From a virus, in IMG/VR virus record IMGVR_UViG_3300014565_000223: a stretch of 64,000 nucleotides of DNA. The stretch is one strand, 5' to 3'. A program made the translations under genes and the position numbers. Positions 1-9,812 of this stretch are shown piece after piece; the first letter of the stretch is position 1; the number at the start of each line of letters is the position of its first letter. Below the pieces are notes generated by a model. That model was not told the origin of the DNA and made no database searches. It saw only the letters and a program-made list of their open reading frames with translations.

Positions 1-93
1 TAATAGAAATGGATATAATGCTGCAAAGAAATATGTCGAAGAAGCAGAGTTAATTATATTAAAGTAAATGAAACGATGATTTACTGACAGAAA

Positions 94-318
94 GTGAGGA
101 AAAATATTATGAAGACGAATACATTAATGCCTGTTATTAAAGCAATATTAAATGATGAAGAATTTTTATGTGGTGGAATTTTTACTAAAGAAAAACAATA
201 TGCGAAAAAATATGATTTGACAATGGAAGAAATAGGAAATATTCAGACCTGTTTATATTATGCATTACATATCAAAGATGAATGTTATAACGAGAGAATT
301 AATCATCTGTGTGATTGA
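94..318 (+). CDS. hypothetical protein (74 aa)
   Basis: ORF with upstream GAGGAAAAA; no recognisable motifs. Confidence 0.4.
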   Translation: MRKNIMKTNTLMPVIKAILNDEEFLCGGIFTKEKQYAKKYDLTMEEIGNIQTCLYYALHIKDECYNERINHLCD

Positions 319-332
319 GAGGTGGAAATTAA

Positions 333-551
333 ATGAAAATATATGTATTAGAAGAATACAACACAGGGCGCGTTGCTTGCATATCAGAAGATATTAACAT
401 GATAAGAAAGAAAATGTGTGACAAAACTTATTTTGATCCACAATATAATGATTACCCAATTTTAACAATCTGGGAAAATGGAGATAGCATTGAGAAAATA
501 GAAGGCGGTAATGTATTGAAGAAAATTGCAGAAGAAATTAACAAATTATAA
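333..551 (+). CDS. hypothetical protein (72 aa)
   Basis: ORF preceded by GAGAGGTGGAAATTAA RBS. Confidence 0.45.
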   Translation: MKIYVLEEYNTGRVACISEDINMIRKKMCDKTYFDPQYNDYPILTIWENGDSIEKIEGGNVLKKIAEEINKL

Positions 552-576
552 TATAAAAGAAGAATTGGAGGAAATT

Positions 577-738
577 ATGAGAAGTATTTCAAGTGCGATA
601 ATCAGTTTTGTAATTTTTTATATAGGGCTTTGTTTACCAAAAGATGAAAGAAAACAGTGTATGACTAGAGGATGTCTATTCTACTTATCATTTATAATGC
701 TGATAATAGCATTCACATTGATGATTTTAGGACTTTGA
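577..738 (+). CDS. small membrane protein (2 predicted TM helices)
   Basis: ATG at 577 with GGAGG RBS 8 nt upstream; hydrophobic stretches. Track start 526 overlaps the previous gene. Confidence 0.4.
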   Translation: MRSISSAIISFVIFYIGLCLPKDERKQCMTRGCLFYLSFIMLIIAFTLMILGL

Positions 739-774
739 TGAAATGATGATTTCAGATTGAGAAAGGTGAAATAT

Positions 775-1221
775 ATGGAATTTTATCCAACAAATGAATA
801 TAGAGAAGTTACTTTACAAGTAGGTCTTAATTCTGTCCAATTAGGAAATACAGATAAATTATTTTCTGATGGATTAGAAGAAGATGAATATATTTATTTT
901 GATGATAGTAAAGGATTTTGTTACGAAGATGGATGTGTTATTGGTGGAACTTATGATCAGACATTAAAAGTATTATATTCACAATGGGGATTTGATCATA
1001 AGTTTTATGTAAAAAGAACAGAGGCGAAAAAAATTAAATTGGAACTCACACAAGAAGAAATAAGTATTTTATCAAATGGATTGATTTGCTTAATTGATAA
1101 TGCTTACAAAGCAGAAAAATTAACATGTGAAACATCTATAATTAAAGCATTGGATGAATCAGTGAAAATATATCAGAAACTTAATCAGAAAATTTGTAAT
1201 TCAGTATCAAAAATGGAGTGA
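775..1221 (+). CDS. hypothetical protein
   Basis: ATG at 775 preceded by GAAAGGTGA. Track start 757 is TTG. Confidence 0.45.
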   Translation: MEFYPTNEYREVTLQVGLNSVQLGNTDKLFSDGLEEDEYIYFDDSKGFCYEDGCVIGGTYDQTLKVLYSQWGFDHKFYVKRTEAKKIKLELTQEEISILSNGLICLIDNAYKAEKLTCETSIIKALDESVKIYQKLNQKICNSVSKME

Positions 1222-1225
1222 TAAT

Positions 1226-1426
1226 ATGACACATTGTTGGTTATGCGGAGCAAGTGAAATTAAGTCACCTAATTCAAAATATACTTATTATGGCAAGATA
1301 TTAGGGAAAAGAGTACAGAAAACAATTCGAGTTTGTAATTGCTGCAGTGCTATGAGGGCTGATGAAGATATAAGAGAAGAAGTTGCGGAAATATTCGGAT
1401 GGGATTATAACGAGGAGGATGATTAG
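1226..1426 (+). CDS. small Zn-ribbon-like protein (CxxC...CNCC)
   Basis: ATG overlaps the previous stop; two Cys pairs. Confidence 0.4.
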   Translation: MTHCWLCGASEIKSPNSKYTYYGKILGKRVQKTIRVCNCCSAMRADEDIREEVAEIFGWDYNEEDD

Positions 1427-1502
1427 ATGTGGAAAACTGGATGTTTTGGAGTATATATAATGGAATTGAAAGACTGAATTTATTAAAATGGAGGTATGAT
1501 AT

Positions 1503-1724
1503 ATGGGACACGTTAATATTTTTAAAACAAAATCAAAAGAAGAATTAGTAAAATTGTATGGTGAATTTCTTAAAGTAGAAGAAACTGGATTTTTTGATCC
1601 TGAGACAGATTTGGGTGGAATCAGAGAAATTTACAGCTGTGATTTTGGAGCAAATACGACATGGATGTTGCAAATAGAATTAACTCATGCAATTTCTGAT
1701 TTGTGGTACGAAGAAAATAAATAA
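1503..1724 (+). CDS. hypothetical protein (73 aa)
   Basis: ORF with GGAGGTATGATAT upstream. Confidence 0.4.
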   Translation: MGHVNIFKTKSKEELVKLYGEFLKVEETGFFDPETDLGGIREIYSCDFGANTTWMLQIELTHAISDLWYEENK

Positions 1725-1750
1725 ATTTCGACTTTCATTTTGTGAGAAAG

Positions 1751-1948
1751 ATGGTGTTACAAATGGCAAAAGTAAAAGACACAGGGTATAGAATGATTAT
1801 AGAAAATCATGGTGGAAGATGGATGTTTGTTAATGATGATATTTATAGTTTTATGGAATGTTCAGGTTGTAAAGAGCAGGTTTTAATTAAAGATGTTGAA
1901 AAGTATTGTCCTAATTGCGGAGCAAAATTAGAAGGTGTGGGAGATTAA
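1751..1948 (+). CDS. small protein with C-terminal CxxC-x17-CxxC zinc ribbon
   Basis: ATG 1751 (track start 1742 is GTG); motifs CSGC and CPNCG. Confidence 0.4.
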   Translation: MVLQMAKVKDTGYRMIIENHGGRWMFVNDDIYSFMECSGCKEQVLIKDVEKYCPNCGAKLEGVGD

Positions 1949-2018
1949 TATGGAAAAATTAAAGCAAGGTGTGTGAATTTGGAATAACTGTCAATGATTT
2001 GTTGTGAGGAGAAATTTT

Positions 2019-2171
2019 ATGTATGATCGTAACGAAATCAAAGAAATAATTGACGAAATTGTGTTTCTGAAAAAATATACATTATTTGACAAGCAGGAAT
2101 ATGATGAAAAAGCAAAAGTTATAGAAGAATTAAAGTCGGATTTATACAATGCGTTTGGAATAGATGAATAA
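2019..2171 (+). CDS. small acidic protein (50 aa), not in ORF track (<60 aa)
   Basis: ATG 2019 with GAGGAG RBS at 2005-2010. Preferred over the antisense 1991..2188 ORF. Confidence 0.4.
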   Translation: MYDRNEIKEIIDEIVFLKKYTLFDKQEYDEKAKVIEELKSDLYNAFGIDE

Positions 2172-2297
2172 ACAACATATTGATTCATTAGATGACTTTA
2201 TGTATTGTGAGCAAAAAGAAATATGAAGAAAATTTTTCATTTATTATGATGAATTTTATGAACGGTAAATTATAAATTTTTGATTGGATGTGAAAAG

Positions 2298-2630
2298 ATG
2301 ATTAGAGTAACAGGAGAAAAACAGAAATCTGAAATTGCTTATGCAATTCAAAAATATAACAAATCTACTATTTATTCTTATGGTGACTTCTGTCCAAGTT
2401 ATCTGGATACTTATATGACGTATGATACAGAGTGCGATCCTATAAGTTTCTGTAAGTTTGTGATGGAAAATTTAGAAGAAAAAGTAAGAGATAACGAAGG
2501 ATTACCTATTCCAATGATTGTGATTTATACAAATTTAGATGATTTGGTTAAGATTACCGTCATTGAAAATTATATAAAAGAAATGGAAAATGAAAAATTA
2601 GTCGGAAATGTAGTATTTATGACACGATAA
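2298..2630 (+). CDS. hypothetical protein
   Basis: First in-frame ATG at 2298; track start 2280 is TTG. Confidence 0.4.
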   Translation: MIRVTGEKQKSEIAYAIQKYNKSTIYSYGDFCPSYLDTYMTYDTECDPISFCKFVMENLEEKVRDNEGLPIPMIVIYTNLDDLVKITVIENYIKEMENEKLVGNVVFMTR

Positions 2631-2664
2631 AAAAATTGCTTTCATTGTAAAGGATGTAAATAAT

Positions 2665-2892
2665 ATGACGTATGAAGAAACACAAAAAATCAAACATTTA
2701 CGAAAAGTGACTTCTGTTATGGTTGAGGAATCATCAAATGGAATTGAATGTACTAAAAATAGATTTGGAAACAGAACTATGGATGGCTGTAAAAATGTAA
2801 CTTTTGAAAAGATTGAGTTATCGAAAATTGACAATGATATTCATCATATAAGAAAAGAATATTATGGTAGAAATCTATGGGTAGTGTTATGA
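2665..2892 (+). CDS. hypothetical protein (75 aa)
   Basis: AAAGGATG RBS. Confidence 0.4.
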   Translation: MTYEETQKIKHLRKVTSVMVEESSNGIECTKNRFGNRTMDGCKNVTFEKIELSKIDNDIHHIRKEYYGRNLWVVL

Positions 2893-2921
2893 GATTGAAT
2901 TGCTTTTAAGGAGGTAAAAGT

Positions 2922-3155
2922 ATGAACAAGTATTCTTTAAGTATTAAATGGAAATTTAATGAGGAATTTGAATCATGGAACATGATTATTATATCTGACG
3001 ATAGTAAAGAACATGTTACAGAAGTAATTAAAAATTATCAGAAAACAAACAATGTGGAGTTTGAATCACCAGTAGACCTTATGGATGCTATTTGTGATGA
3101 ATACGGATGGCAGTGGGAAGATTTTTATTATGATATCGAGATTGTTTCGGATTAA
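2922..3155 (+). CDS. hypothetical protein (77 aa)
   Basis: Strong AAGGAGGT RBS. Confidence 0.5.
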   Translation: MNKYSLSIKWKFNEEFESWNMIIISDDSKEHVTEVIKNYQKTNNVEFESPVDLMDAICDEYGWQWEDFYYDIEIVSD

Positions 3156-3166
3156 GAAAGAATGAG

Positions 3167-3430
3167 GTGTATGTTATGGAACAATTGCTTAAATATGTAG
3201 AAGAATTGAATACAAACACTCCGGATGGTCAAATTGTTGATGCTGACACTATTTTAAAAGATATAATGGACGAGCAGGATTTTGAAATATCTGGTATGGC
3301 TCAAGACATATTCAATATTTATCATAAAAGTAGTGACAAACAAGCGGTAAAAGAAATGTTCTTTGAATTTACTGGTATGGAATTTGATCAGTATTTGATG
3401 AAATGTAGCAGAGAAATTACACGGAAATAA
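3167..3430 (+). CDS. hypothetical protein (87 aa)
   Basis: GAATGAGGTG RBS. Confidence 0.45.
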   Translation: MYVMEQLLKYVEELNTNTPDGQIVDADTILKDIMDEQDFEISGMAQDIFNIYHKSSDKQAVKEMFFEFTGMEFDQYLMKCSREITRK

Positions 3431-3454
3431 GATTTTTGATTTATAGAGGGACTA

Positions 3455-3487
3455 AAAAGAGGTAGCTAAGAGCTGCCTCTTTTTATT
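3455..3487 (+). terminator. rho-independent terminator
   Basis: AAGAGGTAGCT / AGCTGCCTCTT stem (one G.U pair), 3-nt loop, then TTTTTATT. Confidence 0.7.
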
Positions 3488-3534
3488 GCAAAAATATAAT
3501 ACGATAACAATATAATAACATAGGAGCTGATGAA

Positions 3535-4198
3535 ATGAAAGCAGTAAGAGAAAAATTTTTAACAGTAGTAGAGGCTGAAAAGGTAACTGGAGTTCATTAT
3601 ACTGTAAATCATTCAGGGAAAATGGAAGGAATGCAGAGTTTATCAACTAGCTGCTTGTGTAATGAATATTGCAAGAATCGATCAAGCAATTCTGAACTGG
3701 TGTGTTCACATTGTTATGCACAAAGACAAATGAAAAGGTATAAAAATTTGAATGCATGCCTGGAGCGAAATACAGAGATTTTAACTAGCAGAATATTAAA
3801 GGAAGCAGAGATTCCAATGATCAATGCTTCCTTTTTTAGATTCGAGAGTTTTGGTGATTTAATTAATGTTACACAAGTTATTAATTACTTTAATATTTGT
3901 AAGAGAAACAAGCATGTACACTTTGCTTTATGGACAAAAAATCCTTGGATTATCGAAGAAGCGTTAGAGACCAGCGAAAAAAAAGCCAAGTAACTTACAG
4001 ATTATATATAGTAGCCCTTGTATTAATGATCAAGCAGATCCTGGATATGATTTTATTGATAAGATCTTTACAGTATATGATAAAGATTATATCAACGCGC
4101 GCGATGTAAATATTAATTGTGGAGCAAAGAGTTGCCTTACATGCCATAAATGTTATGTAAAAAGTAAAATAAAATATATCAATGAAAAACTGAAATAA
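3535..4198 (+). pseudogene. Gp37/Gp68 (DUF5131)-like Cys-rich protein, split by a +1 frameshift at an A8 run (3977-3984)
   Basis: N-terminal CxCx3C and CSHCYAQRQ resemble the Gp37/Gp68 family. The ORF stops at 3993, but the +1 frame continues uninterrupted to 4198 with more Cys pairs (CGAKSCLTCHKC). Confidence 0.45.
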
Positions 4199-4258
4199 AA
4201 TTTAATTATACATGATTAATAAAATAAAATATTGAAAACGTAAAAGAGGAGTGGTATA

Positions 4259-4831
4259 ATGAAAACAGCAATTGGTTATAAGCTTTTTAGGGTGTCTAAA
4301 AAATATCCGGGGAAATTATTTCCTCTGTATGTAAATGCAAATACGAATATTCCAATTGGAGAATGGATTAGTGCAGAACCAGGAGAAAGATTAGAAAATG
4401 GAAAAGTAAAAAGTAAACTTGGGCCATTGAGATATCGTCCTGGCTTCCATATTAATGATGTAGCTCCGTATGTCTCACATATAGGGCAAAAGGTAAATGG
4501 CAAGATTACTTATATGCGGCCGGATACTGTATGGGCTATGGTTGAATATTGTATTGATCATGATTACTGTGAAGAAGCAGAAGCAAATGGGATTTCTGAA
4601 TCTGGAAAATTTAATTATATAAAAGCTGACTTAGATTATATTCCAAAACATGGATTTTACCGGTATAAAACGTCTCCTGTAATGACTGGAGAATGGATCA
4701 ATGCCGGAGAAATGAAAGTAATCAAGATATTAAGCGATCAGGAAGTCAAAGAAATTTGTGATTCATGTGGATCAGATTATTTACCTCGAAAAGAAACAAT
4801 TAATTTATCAGAATTTGGATTTGCAGCATAA
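4259..4831 (+). CDS. hypothetical protein (190 aa)
   Basis: AAAGAGGAG RBS. The motif TTTAATTATACA lies upstream at 4201. Confidence 0.5.
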   Translation: MKTAIGYKLFRVSKKYPGKLFPLYVNANTNIPIGEWISAEPGERLENGKVKSKLGPLRYRPGFHINDVAPYVSHIGQKVNGKITYMRPDTVWAMVEYCIDHDYCEEAEANGISESGKFNYIKADLDYIPKHGFYRYKTSPVMTGEWINAGEMKVIKILSDQEVKEICDSCGSDYLPRKETINLSEFGFAA

Positions 4832-4846
4832 GGAGGAAGTATTAAA

Positions 4847-5338
4847 ATGTCTAAAAAGAAACGAAGCACTATATCAAATTTTATATGCCCAGAATGTGGA
4901 CTTGAGTTCCCTATCCCAAGAAAAATTGGACAACAGAGAGAAAAGGGGCATATTAAAGATTTGTATTGTCCGATTTGTAATAAAATACAAAAATTTACAG
5001 AATATACATATAAGCAGTCTTATAAAACATTAGAAGGTGAAATAATAGAGGAAAAACCATTAACTGACTTTAAAATAATTATGGAGGATGGTCACTCAAA
5101 AGAAGAGACCATATCATATTTAAAAAATGGAGTTCTTGTTTTTGATAAAGAAGAATTTATTGAGAACTTTAATTCTTACATGATTGAATGGTGTTTTGAC
5201 AGAAGGCGAATTGAGAAATTGAAGAAGATGATAGATACAGGGGTTCCAATTCGTAATTGGGGAATAGTTACTAAAAATGGTAAAACTTATTATATTAGAT
5301 ATACTTGTTTAGAAAGGGGTAAGGTGATTTTAAAATGA
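4847..5338 (+). CDS. Zn-ribbon protein (CPECG...CPICN)
   Basis: AAGGAGGAAG RBS; two CPxC pairs. Confidence 0.5.
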   Translation: MSKKKRSTISNFICPECGLEFPIPRKIGQQREKGHIKDLYCPICNKIQKFTEYTYKQSYKTLEGEIIEEKPLTDFKIIMEDGHSKEETISYLKNGVLVFDKEEFIENFNSYMIEWCFDRRRIEKLKKMIDTGVPIRNWGIVTKNGKTYYIRYTCLERGKVILK

Positions 5339-6168
5339 GGTTAACAAAAGAAGAAGCCAGAGCATATAAGGGATATGCTCTAACTCCTAAGCAACTCATT
5401 GAGAAAGCAAAGAAATTTTATGATGATTTAACACCCGAAGAAAGAGATGAGGAATACATTGTCTATGGAAATAATATAAAATTTGAAAAAGTGGAGGTAG
5501 AAAGGCTTACTACTGGAGAATTTTATATGCGTTGTGTTAATGACATTGAAAAAAGATATGAAGAATTTAAAAATAGGGAACGTATTTACAATTCTTCAGC
5601 TGTAGCACCATATGATCCAAGATATAAAATGGATGATTTTACAGAATCAGAAAAAATGGTAAGTTTTCTATATTATTTAATGGACAATGGATTTTCTTTA
5701 GCAATATTATATCCTGAATATCCAATCGAAGTAATAGAAATGATTTTTTGGAGTATACCGGAAGTAAGAAAGACACCACAAGAAAGAGCAGCATCAAAAA
5801 TAACAGAAGAATATACTAAGTATATAAAACCAGGAGAAAAAAATGTCGGAGGAGCAGAACTTGTTAAAAGGAGAGCGAAAGCAAACCCACCACAGACTTC
5901 TTTGACTCCAGATGAAATTGCGAGTTTTGATCGTATGAGCGAAAAATGGCTAGTAAGATGGTGCAACTTTTCTACGAATTGGTTATGGGTAGCGCCATGT
6001 TTATTATTATGTATTGTGGTGAACAAAGGACTTATTTCAGCAATTGGATTACTTTTGTTTATGGGAATTGGAGAGTGGTATTCATGGAAAGTCAAGGAAT
6101 ATTGTAGTGTGATATTGCCATGGTATCAACAAGCTGGAATTATGTTAGAGAGGAGAATGAAGTTATGA
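5335..6168 (+). CDS. hypothetical protein with C-terminal transmembrane segments
   Basis: ATGA overlap with the previous gene; hydrophobic C-terminus. Confidence 0.5.
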   Translation: MRLTKEEARAYKGYALTPKQLIEKAKKFYDDLTPEERDEEYIVYGNNIKFEKVEVERLTTGEFYMRCVNDIEKRYEEFKNRERIYNSSAVAPYDPRYKMDDFTESEKMVSFLYYLMDNGFSLAILYPEYPIEVIEMIFWSIPEVRKTPQERAASKITEEYTKYIKPGEKNVGGAELVKRRAKANPPQTSLTPDEIASFDRMSEKWLVRWCNFSTNWLWVAPCLLLCIVVNKGLISAIGLLLFMGIGEWYSWKVKEYCSVILPWYQQAGIMLERRMKL

Positions 6169-7148
6169 ATGGAAGGTTGGAGCATGAATTAAAATTAAAT
6201 AAGAATGTTAAGAAAATTCTTAATGATATGCCACAATGCGTGAGTGATTTTTATATGAGTATTCAGGCTGTTCGCAGCCCGAATACTTGTTTAAATTATG
6301 TCAGAAAACTTCATCATTTCTTAGATTATATAGATGTAGAAGATATAAGCGAAATTGACGCAGATGATATCGCAAGGTATCTGGAGCATATTAAATACGT
6401 AAAAGATGGTAATGGTGAAATTAAAAAGTCGTCTGTGGCATATACTAAATTGGTATGTTGCACATTAAATAGGTTTTTTGATTTTTTGTATCGGAGAGGA
6501 GATATTGAAAGGAATCCGATGGACAATGTAAACCGGCCTATTAGAAAAGACTCGATTAAAAGAGTGTTTTTATCAATGGATGATTTAAATGGAATATTGG
6601 GTGCCGTAAAATATTCTTACATGCCAAAAGAATGGCATTCAAGAGATTATGCTATATTATATTTATTTATGGTTACCGGCATGAGAAAAACTGCATTAAG
6701 CGAAATTAACTTAAGTGATTTAAATTTTGAGACTCACAATTTGACTATTATCGACAAGCGAGATAAAGAACAGGTATATCAATTAAATGATGATTCCATA
6801 CGTGTATTAAGAGATTGGATCCTTGATCGAGATAAAATACTATATAATATGGGGATTAAAGAGGATGCTCTTTTTATATCAAAAAATGGAAAACGTATGG
6901 ATCCACAAACGATCTATTGTATGGTAGTCAAATATGCCGAGAAAGGAATTGGTAAACATGTGTCTCCGCATAAGTTAAGAGCTGCTTTTGCTTCATTATA
7001 TTATAAGGAGACAAAAGATATCGTTGCTACGAAAAATGCTGTAGGGCATGCGGATATACAGACAACCAGTATTTATACAGTTGAAGAAAATAACTCAAGA
7101 AAGGAAGCAACGGAGTTCATGTCGAAAAATTTATCATCAAAAATATAG
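6165..7148 (+). CDS. tyrosine site-specific recombinase / integrase (XerC/D-like)
   Basis: C-terminal HKLRAAFAS and GHADIQTTSIYT fit the R..HxxR..Y catalytic signature. ATG 6165 with GGAG RBS (track start 6120). Confidence 0.75.
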   Translation: MNGRLEHELKLNKNVKKILNDMPQCVSDFYMSIQAVRSPNTCLNYVRKLHHFLDYIDVEDISEIDADDIARYLEHIKYVKDGNGEIKKSSVAYTKLVCCTLNRFFDFLYRRGDIERNPMDNVNRPIRKDSIKRVFLSMDDLNGILGAVKYSYMPKEWHSRDYAILYLFMVTGMRKTALSEINLSDLNFETHNLTIIDKRDKEQVYQLNDDSIRVLRDWILDRDKILYNMGIKEDALFISKNGKRMDPQTIYCMVVKYAEKGIGKHVSPHKLRAAFASLYYKETKDIVATKNAVGHADIQTTSIYTVEENNSRKEATEFMSKNLSSKI

Positions 7149-7174
7149 ACAAAATTAACTTTGCGTGATATAAT
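7145..7174 (+). promoter_or_regulatory. sigma70-like promoter with extended -10 (TAGACA-18 nt-TGATATAAT)
   Basis: TGATATAAT at 7166-7174. Confidence 0.5.
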
Positions 7175-7186
7175 CTGAGGAAAGAG

Positions 7187-8467
7187 GTGAGAAAAATGAA
7201 TGTCGATAGAAGTATTTTAGAAGATTATTTATCCAAAAAGTTTTTTAATATCTTAATTAATAAGAGTGAAGAACTAGAAATTTACAATTATGCATATGAG
7301 AAATATAATTATCCAAAAGGCATTTTTTCAGATTTTCTATCTAGTAGAAAGAGTATTGAAGAAGCAAATGATTATACACTTTTTGTAATTGCAGATAGTA
7401 TTTTAAATGCCACTAAGAAAGATTATCGCAAAAAGTTATCTGACTTTTTTACAGACAGAGAAATAAGTAAATATAGTGGGATGCGATACGAAGAACCAAA
7501 TAAAATTGAATTCCCGTTAGTATTCAATATGATTCAGGTAAGCGATGATCAATGGATAGGATCTTTAAATGTAGATGCATTTTGCGCTCTGCAAGAATCA
7601 GGATTAATTAACTATAATCCTGTCACACAACGTGCTATGACTAAAGTAACACGAGATAATAATGAGCTATATCGTATTACATTGAATAAGAGTGCAGTAA
7701 AAGAAATTACGGCAGATATGTTGGAACATATTTATGTTCCGGATACAATCACTTTGAATATCCCGAAAGATGATATATACGCAGATTTTCATTATGATGA
7801 GCAATCACGTCAGCTTATTATTCATTCTTTAGAGGCATTTGATATAAACGATGGATATCATAGATATGTATCAATGTTCCAGGCCAGAAGTAAAAATCCA
7901 AATTTTAACTATCCAATGGAGCTGAGAATTACAAACTTTGACATTGATAAATCTCGCCGTATGATATATCAGTATGACCAGAAAACTAAAATGAGCAAAC
8001 AGTTAAGCGACACATATAACTCATATGCAGCTCAAAATAAAGTGGTCCAGCGTATTAATGAAAGCAGTATGTGTAATTTGCAAGGGAAAATAAAAATAGG
8101 TGGACTTATTGATTCAACAACCCTGGCAGAATGTATTAAGAGATTATATTTCAGTAAAAGGCAAAGTGATTCTCCTGAGCAACGAAAAGAAATCATTAGA
8201 GTATCAAAGGAATTTATCGAAGATCTTAATATGCTTACAGAAGAAGATGACAAGTATCTTGAAAAAGAATATTCAAAGAAAGAAATTATAATTCTTACGA
8301 TCTTGTTTCATTATTATGATGGAAAAAATAAAATATCAATGATAGAGAACTATAAGCGTTTTCTTATTGATGATGCGGAACGTGAGGAAAAAATAATATA
8401 TGATTTTTCGAGAAACTTTAATAGGATAAGGAAAAGATTAATTCCTTTTTTAGAGGAGAGAATGTAA
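7187..8467 (+). CDS. hypothetical protein with a DGxHR motif (DGYHRY), ParB-like / DndB-like
   Basis: FDINDGYHRY resembles the DGQHR / ParB-nuclease signature. Otherwise unrecognised. Confidence 0.3.
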   Translation: MRKMNVDRSILEDYLSKKFFNILINKSEELEIYNYAYEKYNYPKGIFSDFLSSRKSIEEANDYTLFVIADSILNATKKDYRKKLSDFFTDREISKYSGMRYEEPNKIEFPLVFNMIQVSDDQWIGSLNVDAFCALQESGLINYNPVTQRAMTKVTRDNNELYRITLNKSAVKEITADMLEHIYVPDTITLNIPKDDIYADFHYDEQSRQLIIHSLEAFDINDGYHRYVSMFQARSKNPNFNYPMELRITNFDIDKSRRMIYQYDQKTKMSKQLSDTYNSYAAQNKVVQRINESSMCNLQGKIKIGGLIDSTTLAECIKRLYFSKRQSDSPEQRKEIIRVSKEFIEDLNMLTEEDDKYLEKEYSKKEIIILTILFHYYDGKNKISMIENYKRFLIDDAEREEKIIYDFSRNFNRIRKRLIPFLEERM

Positions 8468-9379
8468 ATGTATAACGAAGATAGAAAACAAAGGTTTTAC
8501 GAATTTAAGTTAAAAACTGTTGCAAGCGTTACTCCTCTTGTGCCTAGATTTAAGAGAGTTGCGCCGTTTGAACATATGTATCAAAAGGATTTATGTGACT
8601 TTAATTTAAATGAGATTACAGAAATGTATAAGTTGTTCAAATTTACAACATTAGAGTCCATTATTGTAGTAAATAATACTCTTACACAATATACGGACTG
8701 GTGTGTTAATGAGAATTTAGTGTTAAATGGACAAAATATCTATGCAACTATCACACCTGATATGCTGGCAGCACTATTAAATAAGACATTGTTAAATCAT
8801 CAGATTGTATCAAGAGACACGATTTTAACATGGATCGAAGCATTAAAGAATCCTAGAGATCGATTCATGATTCTGAGCATTTTTGAATATGGCAAGTCTA
8901 AAGATTTTGAAGACACGATTAGAGCAAAACTTGATGATATCGACGTAGAAAATCATACAATGAAATTGTATTCCGGAAGAGTTGTAAATGTAAGTGAAGC
9001 ATTAATTTTAACTGCACAAAAGAGTAATATGACAATGGAATTAACATATCCATATGGAACTAAATCCAAACTCATGGATGATGGAACCATTATAAAAAGA
9101 TCTCATATTGTAAAAGATGATCCGCATTGTCTTGGAAGGCAAATGTATAATTCATTAGCAGCAGCATTGAAGTCTATAGATGTATCATATATGACTGCTG
9201 AAAAAATTAACATTTCCGGACAAATTCATATGACAAATGAATTAATCCGGAAGTATAATTCAAATAAAAACAAGATTTTATATGATGTTGAAACTCGGTC
9301 TATGATTGAACACCAATATGGAATTAAGATTAATAGACCTTCATATTTTCTTAAAAAATATGGTGACTATTTAATATAG
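8468..9379 (+). CDS. hypothetical protein (303 aa)
   Basis: TAAATG junction with the upstream gene. Confidence 0.5.
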   Translation: MYNEDRKQRFYEFKLKTVASVTPLVPRFKRVAPFEHMYQKDLCDFNLNEITEMYKLFKFTTLESIIVVNNTLTQYTDWCVNENLVLNGQNIYATITPDMLAALLNKTLLNHQIVSRDTILTWIEALKNPRDRFMILSIFEYGKSKDFEDTIRAKLDDIDVENHTMKLYSGRVVNVSEALILTAQKSNMTMELTYPYGTKSKLMDDGTIIKRSHIVKDDPHCLGRQMYNSLAAALKSIDVSYMTAEKINISGQIHMTNELIRKYNSNKNKILYDVETRSMIEHQYGIKINRPSYFLKKYGDYLI

Positions 9380-9452
9380 TCGCCATGTTTAAATAAAGTA
9401 ACAAGTTAAATTAACTTTCATTAAAATCAAATTTATTACGAGGAACAAAAAA

Positions 9453-9788
9453 ATGGTTAGAGAATTTGTAAAGAATGCAAGTAAAGTAGCTCAGAAAATC
9501 GATATTATGTTTGAAAAAGCAGCATATGACAATAAAACTGTTGCGGTACATTTCTCTGTAGGAGAAAAAGAATCTGCAATAATATCTCATATGCAGTTGA
9601 ATCCAGTTAATATTACAGTAAATGATAATATTATTACTTTTGAAGAGGGAACAGCAGAGCATTATATTGATATTTCTCAGTTTGATTCAGTCAAATGTGA
9701 TGACGAGTGCGTTAACGATATCGCGGATGCAACAATTGATATGATGTGTGATCATTGGTCAGTACATTTTGATATTTTGACGATTTAA
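9453..9788 (+). CDS. hypothetical protein (111 aa)
   Basis: ORF with RBS. Confidence 0.45.
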   Translation: MVREFVKNASKVAQKIDIMFEKAAYDNKTVAVHFSVGEKESAIISHMQLNPVNITVNDNIITFEEGTAEHYIDISQFDSVKCDDECVNDIADATIDMMCDHWSVHFDILTI

Positions 9789-9812
9789 TTATACATAATA
9801 CAGGAGGAAAAA

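Noticed and set aside
1991-2188. 65-aa ORF on the minus strand
   Set aside because: It lies antisense to a well-formed + strand small ORF (2019..2171) that has a GAGGAG RBS. The whole window is + strand coded and the minus ORF has no RBS
5673-6095. 140-aa minus-strand ORF inside the 5335..6168 gene
   Set aside because: An antisense shadow ORF in low-complexity AT-rich coding sequence, with no independent support. The same reasoning applies to the other minus-strand ORFs in the track (e.g. 16200..16565, 17778..18146, 34783..35163, 62882..63379)
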